Source of the DNA: Chloroflexota bacterium
GTDB lineage: Bacteria; Chloroflexota; Dehalococcoidia; Lucifugimonadales; UBA2962
Length of the DNA: 64,000 nt
Reading direction: 5' to 3'
NCBI GenBank assembly: GCA_003228095.2
Contig: QGNM01000002.1
Span: 9,029-73,028, forward strand
Shown: positions 19,426-29,553 of the stretch, piece by piece
Position numbering within the stretch: the stretch's first letter is position 1
Layout of the letters: each line of letters opens with the position of its first letter
The notes under the pieces: generated by a model
Database searches by the model: none
The model's input: only the letters and a program-made list of their open reading frames with translations
Told to the model about the DNA's origin: nothing
Program-made: the position numbers and the translations under genes

Positions 19426-20154
19426 TTATTCGGCGTCAGCTACTGATGGCACTTCTATTTCAACGGGAACATTGAATTTACTCATTGTAACGAGCCTAAT
19501 AGTACCATCGATATCGGATTCCTTCGCTTTTCCAATAAATTTTATCTTACTTAATGCAAAGTTTGTTTTGCTAATAGTGGCTTCGACCACTACATTCTCA
19601 GCCTCAAGGGTTTCACCTAAAAGTGAGCCTAAATAAGCAGTTGCTAATTCGCCCCTTATTTCATAATTAGATGAATCTAGAGTTTGGTCAGTCAGGAATT
19701 TTGAATCAGTCATTTTCTCTAATAAAGAAGCCATTCCTTCGCTGGAATTGAAAAACCCTCCTAGATTAACAGTTGGTTCAATTTGTTCCCAAACGCCTGT
19801 TAATGGGTTTGTAAGGTAGTTATCTTTACCAATTGCTACCAACATTGATCTTATAGGAAAAGCACCGAACATGCCTATGAATTCTGCTTCCAGCAAGTCA
19901 GGTGGCTGGACGTCACCCGAAACCTCTTCCACGTCTAACCCAGGGAGGAACTCCGTCGCACCTATTTCGTGAGTCATTTTAAACCGAAAAGAGGTTAAGG
20001 TAGTCATGTACTCACCTGAGTTGCTAATTACTTGAGAAACAGTCAATTCAACAACTTGAGCATCAACTTCAGGTTTTATTATTTCCTGCTTTGAACAGCC
20101 AAAGGTAAGAGTTAATGCAAGAAGTATCATCGTGTATATATATATATATTTCAT
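19426..20154 (-). CDS. LppX/LprAFG-family lipoprotein (LprG-like)
   Basis: Signal peptide with lipobox LTFG|C. Length is about 240 aa. The segments VSGDVQPPDLLEAEF..., GKDNYLTNPLTGVWEQI and the C-terminal TMSKFNVPVEIEVP parallel mycobacterial LprG from memory. Confidence 0.65.
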   Translation of the reverse strand: MKYIYIYTMILLALTLTFGCSKQEIIKPEVDAQVVELTVSQVISNSGEYMTTLTSFRFKMTHEIGATEFLPGLDVEEVSGDVQPPDLLEAEFIGMFGAFPIRSMLVAIGKDNYLTNPLTGVWEQIEPTVNLGGFFNSSEGMASLLEKMTDSKFLTDQTLDSSNYEIRGELATAYLGSLLGETLEAENVVVEATISKTNFALSKIKFIGKAKESDIDGTIRLVTMSKFNVPVEIEVPSVADAE

Positions 20155-20205
20155 TTTTTACAAACCACCATAGTATTTTAAAATAAGTTTGAATCAGATT
20201 TATAT

Positions 20206-20319
20206 TTACGGATCTGAACAGTCTCGGATATATCCACAATTGAAGCAACGCAATTTACAATGAATGCCTAATAGTTTAGAACCACAAATATCGCATATTC
20301 TAGCAATTAAATAACTCAT
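20206..20319 (-). CDS. Small Cys-rich (zinc-ribbon-like) protein, 37 aa, not in the ORF track
   Basis: Hand-translated as MSYLIARICDICGSKLLGIHCKLRCFNCGYIRDCSDP. It has CxxC...C...CxxC...C spacing and an AGGTGGA Shine-Dalgarno 5 nt upstream of the ATG. Lies between a terminator and the LprG-like gene on the same strand. Confidence 0.45.
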   Translation of the reverse strand: MSYLIARICDICGSKLLGIHCKLRCFNCGYIRDCSDP

Positions 20320-20335
20320 ATGATATCCACCTGCT

Positions 20336-20372
20336 TAAAAATAAAAGATCCCGCCAAATACGGCGGGATCTT
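20336..20372 (-). terminator. Rho-independent terminator downstream of the LPXTG protein gene
   Basis: Perfect 9-bp stem GATCCCGCC / GGCGGGATC (20347-20355, 20362-20370) with a 6-nt loop. On the minus strand it is followed by TTTTATTTTT. Confidence 0.8.
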
Positions 20373-20418
20373 TATAATTAGTCAATATAAATATTTCTAC
20401 TTAGTTTAAATTGCTTAA

Positions 20419-21561
20419 TTATGCAAGATAATCTGCTCTCCTAGTTCTCATGACTATCGCTCCGCCACCGATCACCATAAATAATGCAAAGACTAAACCT
20501 AAACTTATAGAGTGATAACTTAAAAGGTAAGATATATAAGTATCTCCTGTGCTTGGTAGACCTAAGCCGAGACCAGCGCTTGATGCGGCAAGCTCTCCTT
20601 CACTCAAAGAATATGTTGCCATAGCCTGAGCAGCTGTATAGGCCTGGTTAGCACCACCTTCATTTGCAACTGCTGCGATAGTACCATCGGCATTTGCGTC
20701 AACACCATTTAATGCGCTTTCCAAATAACCTAGCGCAGAGGTTAGTTGAATTTTGACAGATTGGGCAGTTGTTTTAGTTGTAGCAAAATCAATTTGCGTT
20801 GAAGCAGCAGCAGCCCATGCATCGATGTTGTTTTGAGTACTTGCTACATTTGCAGCATTTTCCGATACCGTAGTGTCACTTGGCGCTTGCGATGCAGCGA
20901 GCGCAGCGTGATTAAGGCTAGCAGAATTGGTTAGCACGGAATCAATCGCATCTTTAGCACTGTTAGCGTTACTTGTTACATCTTCTAAAGTGCTTGAGTC
21001 CATAGCTTTATTAAGGTGTCCTATTGCTGTGGATAAAGAACTTTGTAAGTCCGTTATAATTCCGGTTTCTGATCCACTAGGCCATTCAACTAGTAAATGG
21101 CGGACATGAGTAATCACGTCCAGGGGAACCCGGTGACTGTAAGCATAAATGCCTGAACTTTCTGTATCTGGAATTCCAGATGGCTCGACGGTTACAACAA
21201 ATTTATTGTACCCAGCTACAAGATTCTCGCCAGATTTAGATGTATAGGTATGGCTTATATCGCCACTTTCTATGCTCAAAATACCGACGTTTAATAGTGT
21301 AGAACCATCATCACTGATAAGCCATCCTTCTAATTGTTTTCCAGTCTCTTGTGCAGCCACTTGCTCCATTGTTATGGTCAGTGTATCTCCAGGCAAATTA
21401 GTGTCTGAAATTACAGCAGTCCTTGTAGGCAAACTTGATGCCTCTTCAGCAAGAACTATGCTGGTCGTAAAGACCAAGCTAAGCACTAGGAATAGGAAAA
21501 CTGCGACCTTGGTCGCAGGTCTATTTATGGACATATTGCTAAAAACCCCCTGTTTCGACAT
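20419..21561 (-). CDS. Secreted surface protein with C-terminal LPXTG cell-wall sorting signal
   Basis: N-terminal signal/TM segment (VAVFLFLVLSLVFTTSIVLA). C-terminal LPSTG (nt 20545-20559), then a hydrophobic stretch and a basic tail RTRRADYLA. Ala/Ser/Thr-rich helical middle region. Confidence 0.75.
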   Translation of the reverse strand: MSKQGVFSNMSINRPATKVAVFLFLVLSLVFTTSIVLAEEASSLPTRTAVISDTNLPGDTLTITMEQVAAQETGKQLEGWLISDDGSTLLNVGILSIESGDISHTYTSKSGENLVAGYNKFVVTVEPSGIPDTESSGIYAYSHRVPLDVITHVRHLLVEWPSGSETGIITDLQSSLSTAIGHLNKAMDSSTLEDVTSNANSAKDAIDSVLTNSASLNHAALAASQAPSDTTVSENAANVASTQNNIDAWAAAASTQIDFATTKTTAQSVKIQLTSALGYLESALNGVDANADGTIAAVANEGGANQAYTAAQAMATYSLSEGELAASSAGLGLGLPSTGDTYISYLLSYHSISLGLVFALFMVIGGGAIVMRTRRADYLA

Positions 21562-21921
21562 GCCAATATGACGCCATATCGATCACGAAACGGTATCATA
21601 TTACAGGTATTATTGCACCTGAGAGCGCCTACGCATAGGCGAGCACGGAGGTATTTTAGCATAAACTCCACGAATCTCTCAAAAGAATCATACTAATTTC
21701 GTATTAGAATCGTATGGTTTCTGAATAAGATTTTCATACTTTTAGCTTTTTAACGACTGTGTAGACTGATCGAAAGTAAATGACATGAAAAAGATTCTTT
21801 CAATAAGTTGAAAAATCAATATTTTTACAAATTTTCTAATATGGAGATGATATTGTTCGTAAAATCCAAATGTTTGTCTATGGAATTGACATAAAAACGT
21901 TTGAAACTTACACTCATTTCT

Positions 21922-22683
21922 ATGAAAAGATTACAAAACAAAGTAACAATTATCACGGGAGCATCAAGTGGAATTGGCGCAGCAACAGCTAGGCTTTTTG
22001 CTGATGAAGAAGCGAATGTGTATTTGTGTGATATTCAAGATGAGATGGGCGAAGAATTGGCAACGGAAATAGTGAAGTCAGGCGGAAAGGCTAATTATTT
22101 TCATTTAGACGTCAGAAATGAGGATGAATGGACGAGCGTCTTGAATGAAATAGCGAAAATCCATGGAAGGATCGATGTTTTGGTTAATAACGCGGGTATT
22201 GGAGGTGGCCCGGTACACCTGAAAGTTGAAAACTACCCCGTTGATCAATGGGACAAAACGATTGCGATAAATGCTACTGGAGTATTTTTGGGAACGAAGT
22301 ATGCTGCCCGCTTTATGAAGCAGGCAGGAGGGGGGTCAATCATAAACATCTCTTCAGTTTATGGCCTAGTTGGAGTACATAGAGGGGCTTCATATTCTGC
22401 CTCCAAGGGCGCTGTACGTATTTTTACAAAAGCAGCAGCAGTTCAGTATTCAAAAGATAGGATCAGAGTGAATTCGGTCCATCCCGGATTTATAGATACC
22501 CCTCAGGCATCAGGGCTTTTAAGCGACGAGAAAGTCCGTCAGGAATTGATTAGCCTGACTCCAGTTGGGAGGCTTGGCACAGTGGATGACATCAAATATG
22601 GGATCCTTTATCTTGCATCTGATGAATCTAGCTATATGACAGGATCTGAATTTGTAATTGATGGAGGAATTACAGCAAGATAA
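21922..22683 (+). CDS. Short-chain dehydrogenase/reductase (SDR)
   Basis: TGASSGIG cofactor motif, NNAG, catalytic YSASK, and C-terminal IDGG. Start placed at the ATG at 21922 (MKRLQNKVTIITG...). Confidence 0.9.
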   Translation: MKRLQNKVTIITGASSGIGAATARLFADEEANVYLCDIQDEMGEELATEIVKSGGKANYFHLDVRNEDEWTSVLNEIAKIHGRIDVLVNNAGIGGGPVHLKVENYPVDQWDKTIAINATGVFLGTKYAARFMKQAGGGSIINISSVYGLVGVHRGASYSASKGAVRIFTKAAAVQYSKDRIRVNSVHPGFIDTPQASGLLSDEKVRQELISLTPVGRLGTVDDIKYGILYLASDESSYMTGSEFVIDGGITAR

Positions 22684-22688
22684 TATTG

Positions 22689-23906
22689 TTAATTAACAGA
22701 ACTAATGTTGCCTTCAGAAACTTTAAATATCTTCACATTTGATTTACTAGCTTTCGGTATATAATCCATGTCTGATGTCGTAATGAGCGATTGTTCATAA
22801 TCTGTAATTAGACTTAAAACCATTTCGCGCCTATCTGGGTCTAATTCTGAAAACACGTCGTCCAGCAAAATTAGTGGGTTTTCAGATCGAACATCCGATA
22901 AGTATTGTGCCTCTGCTAACTTTAATGACAGTGCGGCAATTCGTGCTTGCCCCCTTGATGCAAATCGAGCAGAGTCGATGTCATTAATGGTTATTTTAAA
23001 GTCATCTCTGTGCGGACCTACTGTAGTAAACCCTTTATTTATATCTTTATTCACGCTGTCTAATAATTTTTGTTTTAATACACCTGATACTGTAGGTTGG
23101 TCAGACTCCGGTAGTTGCTCTCCAGTTTCCGTTAAATAAATTAAATTTAAACGCTCCTTTAAAGGTGATAGTAAATTATGTTGATTTACAGAAAGATCAG
23201 ATAAATTTTTAATTATCATTGACCTTGTATGAACTATATATCCGCCATCTGTAATTATATGTTGATCCCATGGTGTTAATTCAGATATTTGTGAAGTCCC
23301 GTTTTTTATAGATCTAAGCAGATGGTTTCTTTGCAATACAGTTTTTTGATATCGTTGTAAGGCCCTTAAATATTCACGATTATGCTGAGAAATTAACATA
23401 TCAAGATATCTTCTTCTGATTTTTGGTGGGCCGTAAATTAATTCAAGGTCTTGTACTGTAAATAAGACCGCGTTTACTTCACCTATAAATTCAGATACTT
23501 TTCTGCGGACTCCATTCACACGAAATAATTTCTTTAGAGATTTTTGTTTTAACGGGCCATTACCGTTGTATAATTGTTTATTCTTCAGCTGCATGATGTT
23601 GTCGATTTCGAATATGTCAAACTGGATTTTTGTTGATTCATTCGATCTTCGGATATCAGCTGATACTTTAGTGTGAATATCTAAGGGTTGACCTACCGCA
23701 TCATGCCCTGGAGAGTTAAATCTTATTAGATCTTTATCATTAATGGCTCGTTGAGATTTACAAACTGACAATATGTGAATTGCCTCAAGTAAATTACTTT
23801 TACCATTTCCGTTGTTACCATGGATTATGGTTAGGCCAGGCTCTAGAAATAATTCAGCGTTCAATAAATTCCGGAAATTAGATATTTTGAGATGACTTAA
23901 ATATAT
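22689..23906 (-). CDS. recF: DNA replication/repair protein RecF, probably initiated at a non-canonical ATA
   Basis: Walker A GNNGNGKSNLLEAI, signature and Walker B (LILLDDVFSELD). The track ORF starts at TTG 23864, but the conserved RecF N-terminus (YLSHLKISNFRN) is encoded upstream, bounded by an in-frame TGA. ATA at 23906-23904 sits 7 nt after GGAGG. Confidence 0.9.
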   Translation of the reverse strand: MYLSHLKISNFRNLLNAELFLEPGLTIIHGNNGNGKSNLLEAIHILSVCKSQRAINDKDLIRFNSPGHDAVGQPLDIHTKVSADIRRSNESTKIQFDIFEIDNIMQLKNKQLYNGNGPLKQKSLKKLFRVNGVRRKVSEFIGEVNAVLFTVQDLELIYGPPKIRRRYLDMLISQHNREYLRALQRYQKTVLQRNHLLRSIKNGTSQISELTPWDQHIITDGGYIVHTRSMIIKNLSDLSVNQHNLLSPLKERLNLIYLTETGEQLPESDQPTVSGVLKQKLLDSVNKDINKGFTTVGPHRDDFKITINDIDSARFASRGQARIAALSLKLAEAQYLSDVRSENPLILLDDVFSELDPDRREMVLSLITDYEQSLITTSDMDYIPKASKSNVKIFKVSEGNISSVN

Positions 23907-23932
23907 TTGTCAGCCTCCAGCACATAAGATGT

Positions 23933-25990
<2,058 letters not shown>

Positions 25991-26914
25991 TTATCTATTC
26001 CACATTCCAGTGCTGAAGTACCGTTCACCCAAGTCATTGAATATAGTCACTATAACAGCTTTATTTTCTTTCTGAGCTATCTGATTAGCTGCCACCAGAT
26101 ATGCACCAGAGGACTGTCCTACAAAAATACCTTGAGCGGCTATATCATGTGCCATATCGATTGCTACATCAAGATTTATCGACACCTTTTGGTCGATTAC
26201 TGTTTCATCCAGAATTTCTGGCACGATATTATCTTCGTCAAGAGGCTTTAATCCTTCTATACCTCGCCAATCTTCTGGTTCTATGCATATTATTTTTATA
26301 TTTTTATTGTGCTGCTTAAGTTTTCTTCCGACACCTGTGATCGTACCGCCTGTACCAACTCCTGCAACGAAGTGAGTTATATTTGGAACTTGGCTTAAAA
26401 TTTCAGATCCAGTTGTTTCGTAGTGGGCTCGCCAGTTATTATCGTTGGCGTATTGATTACAGAAAAAGTATTTCCCAGGGTTAGCTTCATATCGTCTTTT
26501 AGCCTCTCTCATTGCTTCGTCATAGCCTAATAAAGGATCTGTTTCAGTTATCGTTGCACCATGCGCCTTCACTCTTTTCTTCCGTTCCTCACTAGCATTG
26601 CCTGGCATCACTAGCTCAACTTTATATCCTGTAGCTGCGCCAATCATTGCATATGCAATCCCTGCATTTCCAGAAGTCGAATCCAGAATAGTTTTTGAGC
26701 GATCTAAAGTTCCTTCAATAATTGCGCTGGCTATCATCCTAAGAACTGGACGATCTTTTATTGAGCCCCCAGGGTTCACGTTTTCTAATTTCACGTAAAT
26801 AGAAGAATCCTCATTAAACTTAGGAAGTTTTAGATGCACCATAGGAGTATTACCGATAGCTGATAGAAGAGGATAATCCGATAAAAATTTATTGTATAAA
26901 GTGTTGGAGTTCAA
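25991..26914 (-). CDS. cysK: Cysteine synthase (O-acetylserine sulfhydrylase family)
   Basis: PLP-lysine region KLENVNPGGSIKDR, TSGNAGIA, and GVGTGGTITG glycine loop. TTG start. Confidence 0.88.
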   Translation of the reverse strand: MNSNTLYNKFLSDYPLLSAIGNTPMVHLKLPKFNEDSSIYVKLENVNPGGSIKDRPVLRMIASAIIEGTLDRSKTILDSTSGNAGIAYAMIGAATGYKVELVMPGNASEERKKRVKAHGATITETDPLLGYDEAMREAKRRYEANPGKYFFCNQYANDNNWRAHYETTGSEILSQVPNITHFVAGVGTGGTITGVGRKLKQHNKNIKIICIEPEDWRGIEGLKPLDEDNIVPEILDETVIDQKVSINLDVAIDMAHDIAAQGIFVGQSSGAYLVAANQIAQKENKAVIVTIFNDLGERYFSTGMWNR

Positions 26915-27083
26915 GTTAGTATTCCAGATATAAGCATTATGTCAGAATAACTTTAGTGCTGCTTACAAATCAATCCTTTGCGGGAATTGCTAATAAAGTT
27001 AAATACGTTCAATTAATAGATAAGACGTAAAGTTTTGGCAGTTCGGCTATGTTTATGATTAGTAAGCTTAAATTCTTGTCAGC

Positions 27084-29057
27084 TTAAACGTCCAGGTTTT
27101 TAACATTTAGAGCGTTATTTTCAATAAATTCACGTCTTGGAGCTACCATGTCTCCCATTAACAAAGTAAATACTCGATCTGCCTCATATGCATCTTCTAC
27201 AGACACTTGCAACAGTGTTCTCTCGACTGGGTTCATTGTCGTGTCCCATAATTGATCAGCGTTCATTTCGCCTAAGCCTTTGTATCTTTGAATATTTAAG
27301 TTACGCTTGCTTTTTAGCTGGAGCATTAAGCCTTCTCTCTCTCCCTCACTATAAGCGAAAACAGCTGATTTACCAGATCCAATTTTGTAAAGAGGCGGTT
27401 GTGCAATGTATAAATGCCCATTTTCAATCAATTGCGGCATATGCCTAAAGAAGAAAGTCAACAGAAGTGTCCTTATATGCGATCCATCGACGTCTGCATC
27501 ACACATGATAATAATTCGATGGTATCTTAGTTTAGGTAGGTCAAAGTCTTCATCCATACCTGCCCCTACGGCAATTATAATGTTTCTTATTTCTTCATGA
27601 GCTAGCATTTTATCTGCTCTTGCTTTTTCAACATTTAGGATTTTACCCTTAAGGGGCAAAATAGCCTGGGTAAAACGATCCCTACCCATTTTTGCGGTAC
27701 CCCCTGCTGAATCTCCCTCTACGATATAGAGTTCACAGTTCTCAGGGTTTTTATCTGAGCAATCAGCTAGTTTCCCAGGTAACGCGCCTCCATCCATTGC
27801 ATTTTTACGTATAATTAAATCACGAGCCTTACGGGCAGCTTCACGAGCTCTTTGGGAGGTAATTGATTTTTCTATAATTCTACGAGCTTCTTTAGGATTT
27901 TCCCCAAGCCATATTGAGATTTCTTCTGATAGAACGCTTTCTACCTGAGCCCTTATTTCTGGATTTCCCAGCTTACCTTTGGTTTGGCCTTCAAACTGTG
28001 GATCTTGTAACTTCACGCTGATCACTGCTGCTAGGCCTTCACGAGTATCTTCTCCGGCAAGGTTGGCTTCATTTTCCTTAATAACATTATGCTTTCTTCC
28101 ATAATCGTTCATGATTCTAGTAAGCGCAGATCTAAGGCCAGTTAAATGCGTGCCTCCATCGACAGTATTTATGCAATTTGCGAAAGACAATACGTTTTCA
28201 GTAAAACTTTCATTGTATTGGAGTGCTGCCTCTACAAGGGTTCCTTCAATGTTTTTCGATACCTTAATAGGTTCAGAATGTAATCTTGCCCGACCACCAG
28301 TTAAGTCTTCAACGAATTGAGCAATACCACCTTCAAACATATAGTCAACTTTTTTAGCTCCATCTATTAAATTTGCATGTAAGTCGCTAGTAAAAACGAT
28401 ATGTAACTGCTCGTTAAGGTATGCCATTTCTTTGAATCGTTGCGAAAGAATTTCAAAATCAAATCCGAATGTCCCAAAGATGTCTTTATCGGCGACAAAG
28501 GATACTGAGGTTCCGGTCTCATCTTGATTAGATCCATTTGAAACTTCAACTTCAGTCAGCCTTTTACCTTTTGAGAAAGTTTGCCGATAAAGCTTAGAAT
28601 CTCGTTTGACTTCTACAATTAACTCTGTTGACAGGGCGTTAACAACAGATGCACCCACTCCATGAAGACCTCCAGATACAGCGTAAGCCTTAGAATCAAA
28701 CTTACCTCCAGCATGTAGCGTCGTCATAACGGTTTCAATAGTAGATAGGCCTGTCACTTTATGTTTATCTGGAGGAATACCTCTGCCATTATCAGAAACA
28801 GTAACTTTGCCTGTTATATCGATATATATTTCTATTTTTGTACAATACGGCTTACCGTTTGGCCTTTTTGCCATAAACTCATCAACTGCATTGTCAACAA
28901 TTTCATAGATCAGGTGGTGCATGCCCCTTTGGTCGGTGCTACCTATATACATTCCAGGCCGTTTTCGAACAGCCTCCATCCCTTCAAGGACTTGTATATC
29001 TTCTGAGGTGTAGTCGCTATTCGATTCAGCTTCTCTGCTTGTATCGTGATTAGTCAT
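27084..29057 (-). CDS. gyrB: DNA gyrase subunit B
   Basis: GHKL ATPase (LEGMEAVRKRPGMYIG, GLHGVGASVVNALS), Toprim (EGDSAGG, PLKGKILNVEKA, DADVDGSHI) and C-terminal tail motifs. Confidence 0.97.
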   Translation of the reverse strand: MTNHDTSREAESNSDYTSEDIQVLEGMEAVRKRPGMYIGSTDQRGMHHLIYEIVDNAVDEFMAKRPNGKPYCTKIEIYIDITGKVTVSDNGRGIPPDKHKVTGLSTIETVMTTLHAGGKFDSKAYAVSGGLHGVGASVVNALSTELIVEVKRDSKLYRQTFSKGKRLTEVEVSNGSNQDETGTSVSFVADKDIFGTFGFDFEILSQRFKEMAYLNEQLHIVFTSDLHANLIDGAKKVDYMFEGGIAQFVEDLTGGRARLHSEPIKVSKNIEGTLVEAALQYNESFTENVLSFANCINTVDGGTHLTGLRSALTRIMNDYGRKHNVIKENEANLAGEDTREGLAAVISVKLQDPQFEGQTKGKLGNPEIRAQVESVLSEEISIWLGENPKEARRIIEKSITSQRAREAARKARDLIIRKNAMDGGALPGKLADCSDKNPENCELYIVEGDSAGGTAKMGRDRFTQAILPLKGKILNVEKARADKMLAHEEIRNIIIAVGAGMDEDFDLPKLRYHRIIIMCDADVDGSHIRTLLLTFFFRHMPQLIENGHLYIAQPPLYKIGSGKSAVFAYSEGEREGLMLQLKSKRNLNIQRYKGLGEMNADQLWDTTMNPVERTLLQVSVEDAYEADRVFTLLMGDMVAPRREFIENNALNVKNLDV

Positions 29058-29284
29058 ATAATGCTCCAGAAATTAACCTATAATTTTCATACTAATTTTA
29101 CCTTTTTCTCAGAATATTTTCAAACAATTTTCATAATTTTGATACTAACTCAAGAGTATCTGCATAATGGGCTGTTATTGACTCGCCTAGTAGCCTATAT
29201 TAATATCGTTTCAACGCATCTTTACAATGATGTGTTAATAATCTACAACTTAATTGAAGAATTAAGGTGAAAATGGCTATTATA

Positions 29285-29400
29285 TTATTAACTATGCCAT
29301 TGGTTTAATAAGGAAGCCGGTCAAATTCCGGCACTGTCCCGCAGCGGTAGGCCATGGGAAAATCCTGGCGAGTCCGATCGACCACCTTAGTTCGGTAGTT
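29285..29400 (+). promoter_or_regulatory. Cobalamin (B12) riboswitch aptamer
   Basis: AAGGAAGCCGGTCAAATTCCGGCACTGTCCCGCAGCGGTA matches the conserved cobalamin-riboswitch core. A B12-box-like GAGTCCGATCGACCACC lies downstream. Located upstream of a btuFCD-like operon. Confidence 0.85.
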
Positions 29401-29457
29401 CGGTGTTTTTTCTTCGAGAGTAAAGTTACAGGCACTAAAATAAATTATTATTTTAAG

Positions 29458-29490
29458 CCCTACTAATGTCTCTAAGTAGGGTTTTTTTAT
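29458..29490 (+). terminator. Intrinsic terminator, likely the riboswitch expression platform
   Basis: 7-bp stem CCCTACT / AGTAGGG (29458-29464, 29475-29481) followed by seven T residues (29482-29488). Lies 64 nt upstream of the btuF-like start. Confidence 0.7.
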
Positions 29491-29553
29491 TTTAATAGTT
29501 GAATGTACGCCTTGGGCTAATTTGCGTTTAGGGGTATAAATTTTATAGGCGTT

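Noticed and set aside
20226-20235. DnaA-box-like ATATCCACA
   Set aside because: It is a single 8/9 match inside the small Cys-rich ORF. There is no cluster of boxes or AT-rich unwinding element, and dnaA/dnaN are absent. This is not an origin.
29046-29270. 74-aa plus-strand ORF in the gyrB upstream region
   Set aside because: The peptide is low-complexity and Ile/Leu/Phe/Asn-rich. It overlaps the gyrB start and promoter region and has no SD. It is most likely non-coding leader or promoter DNA.
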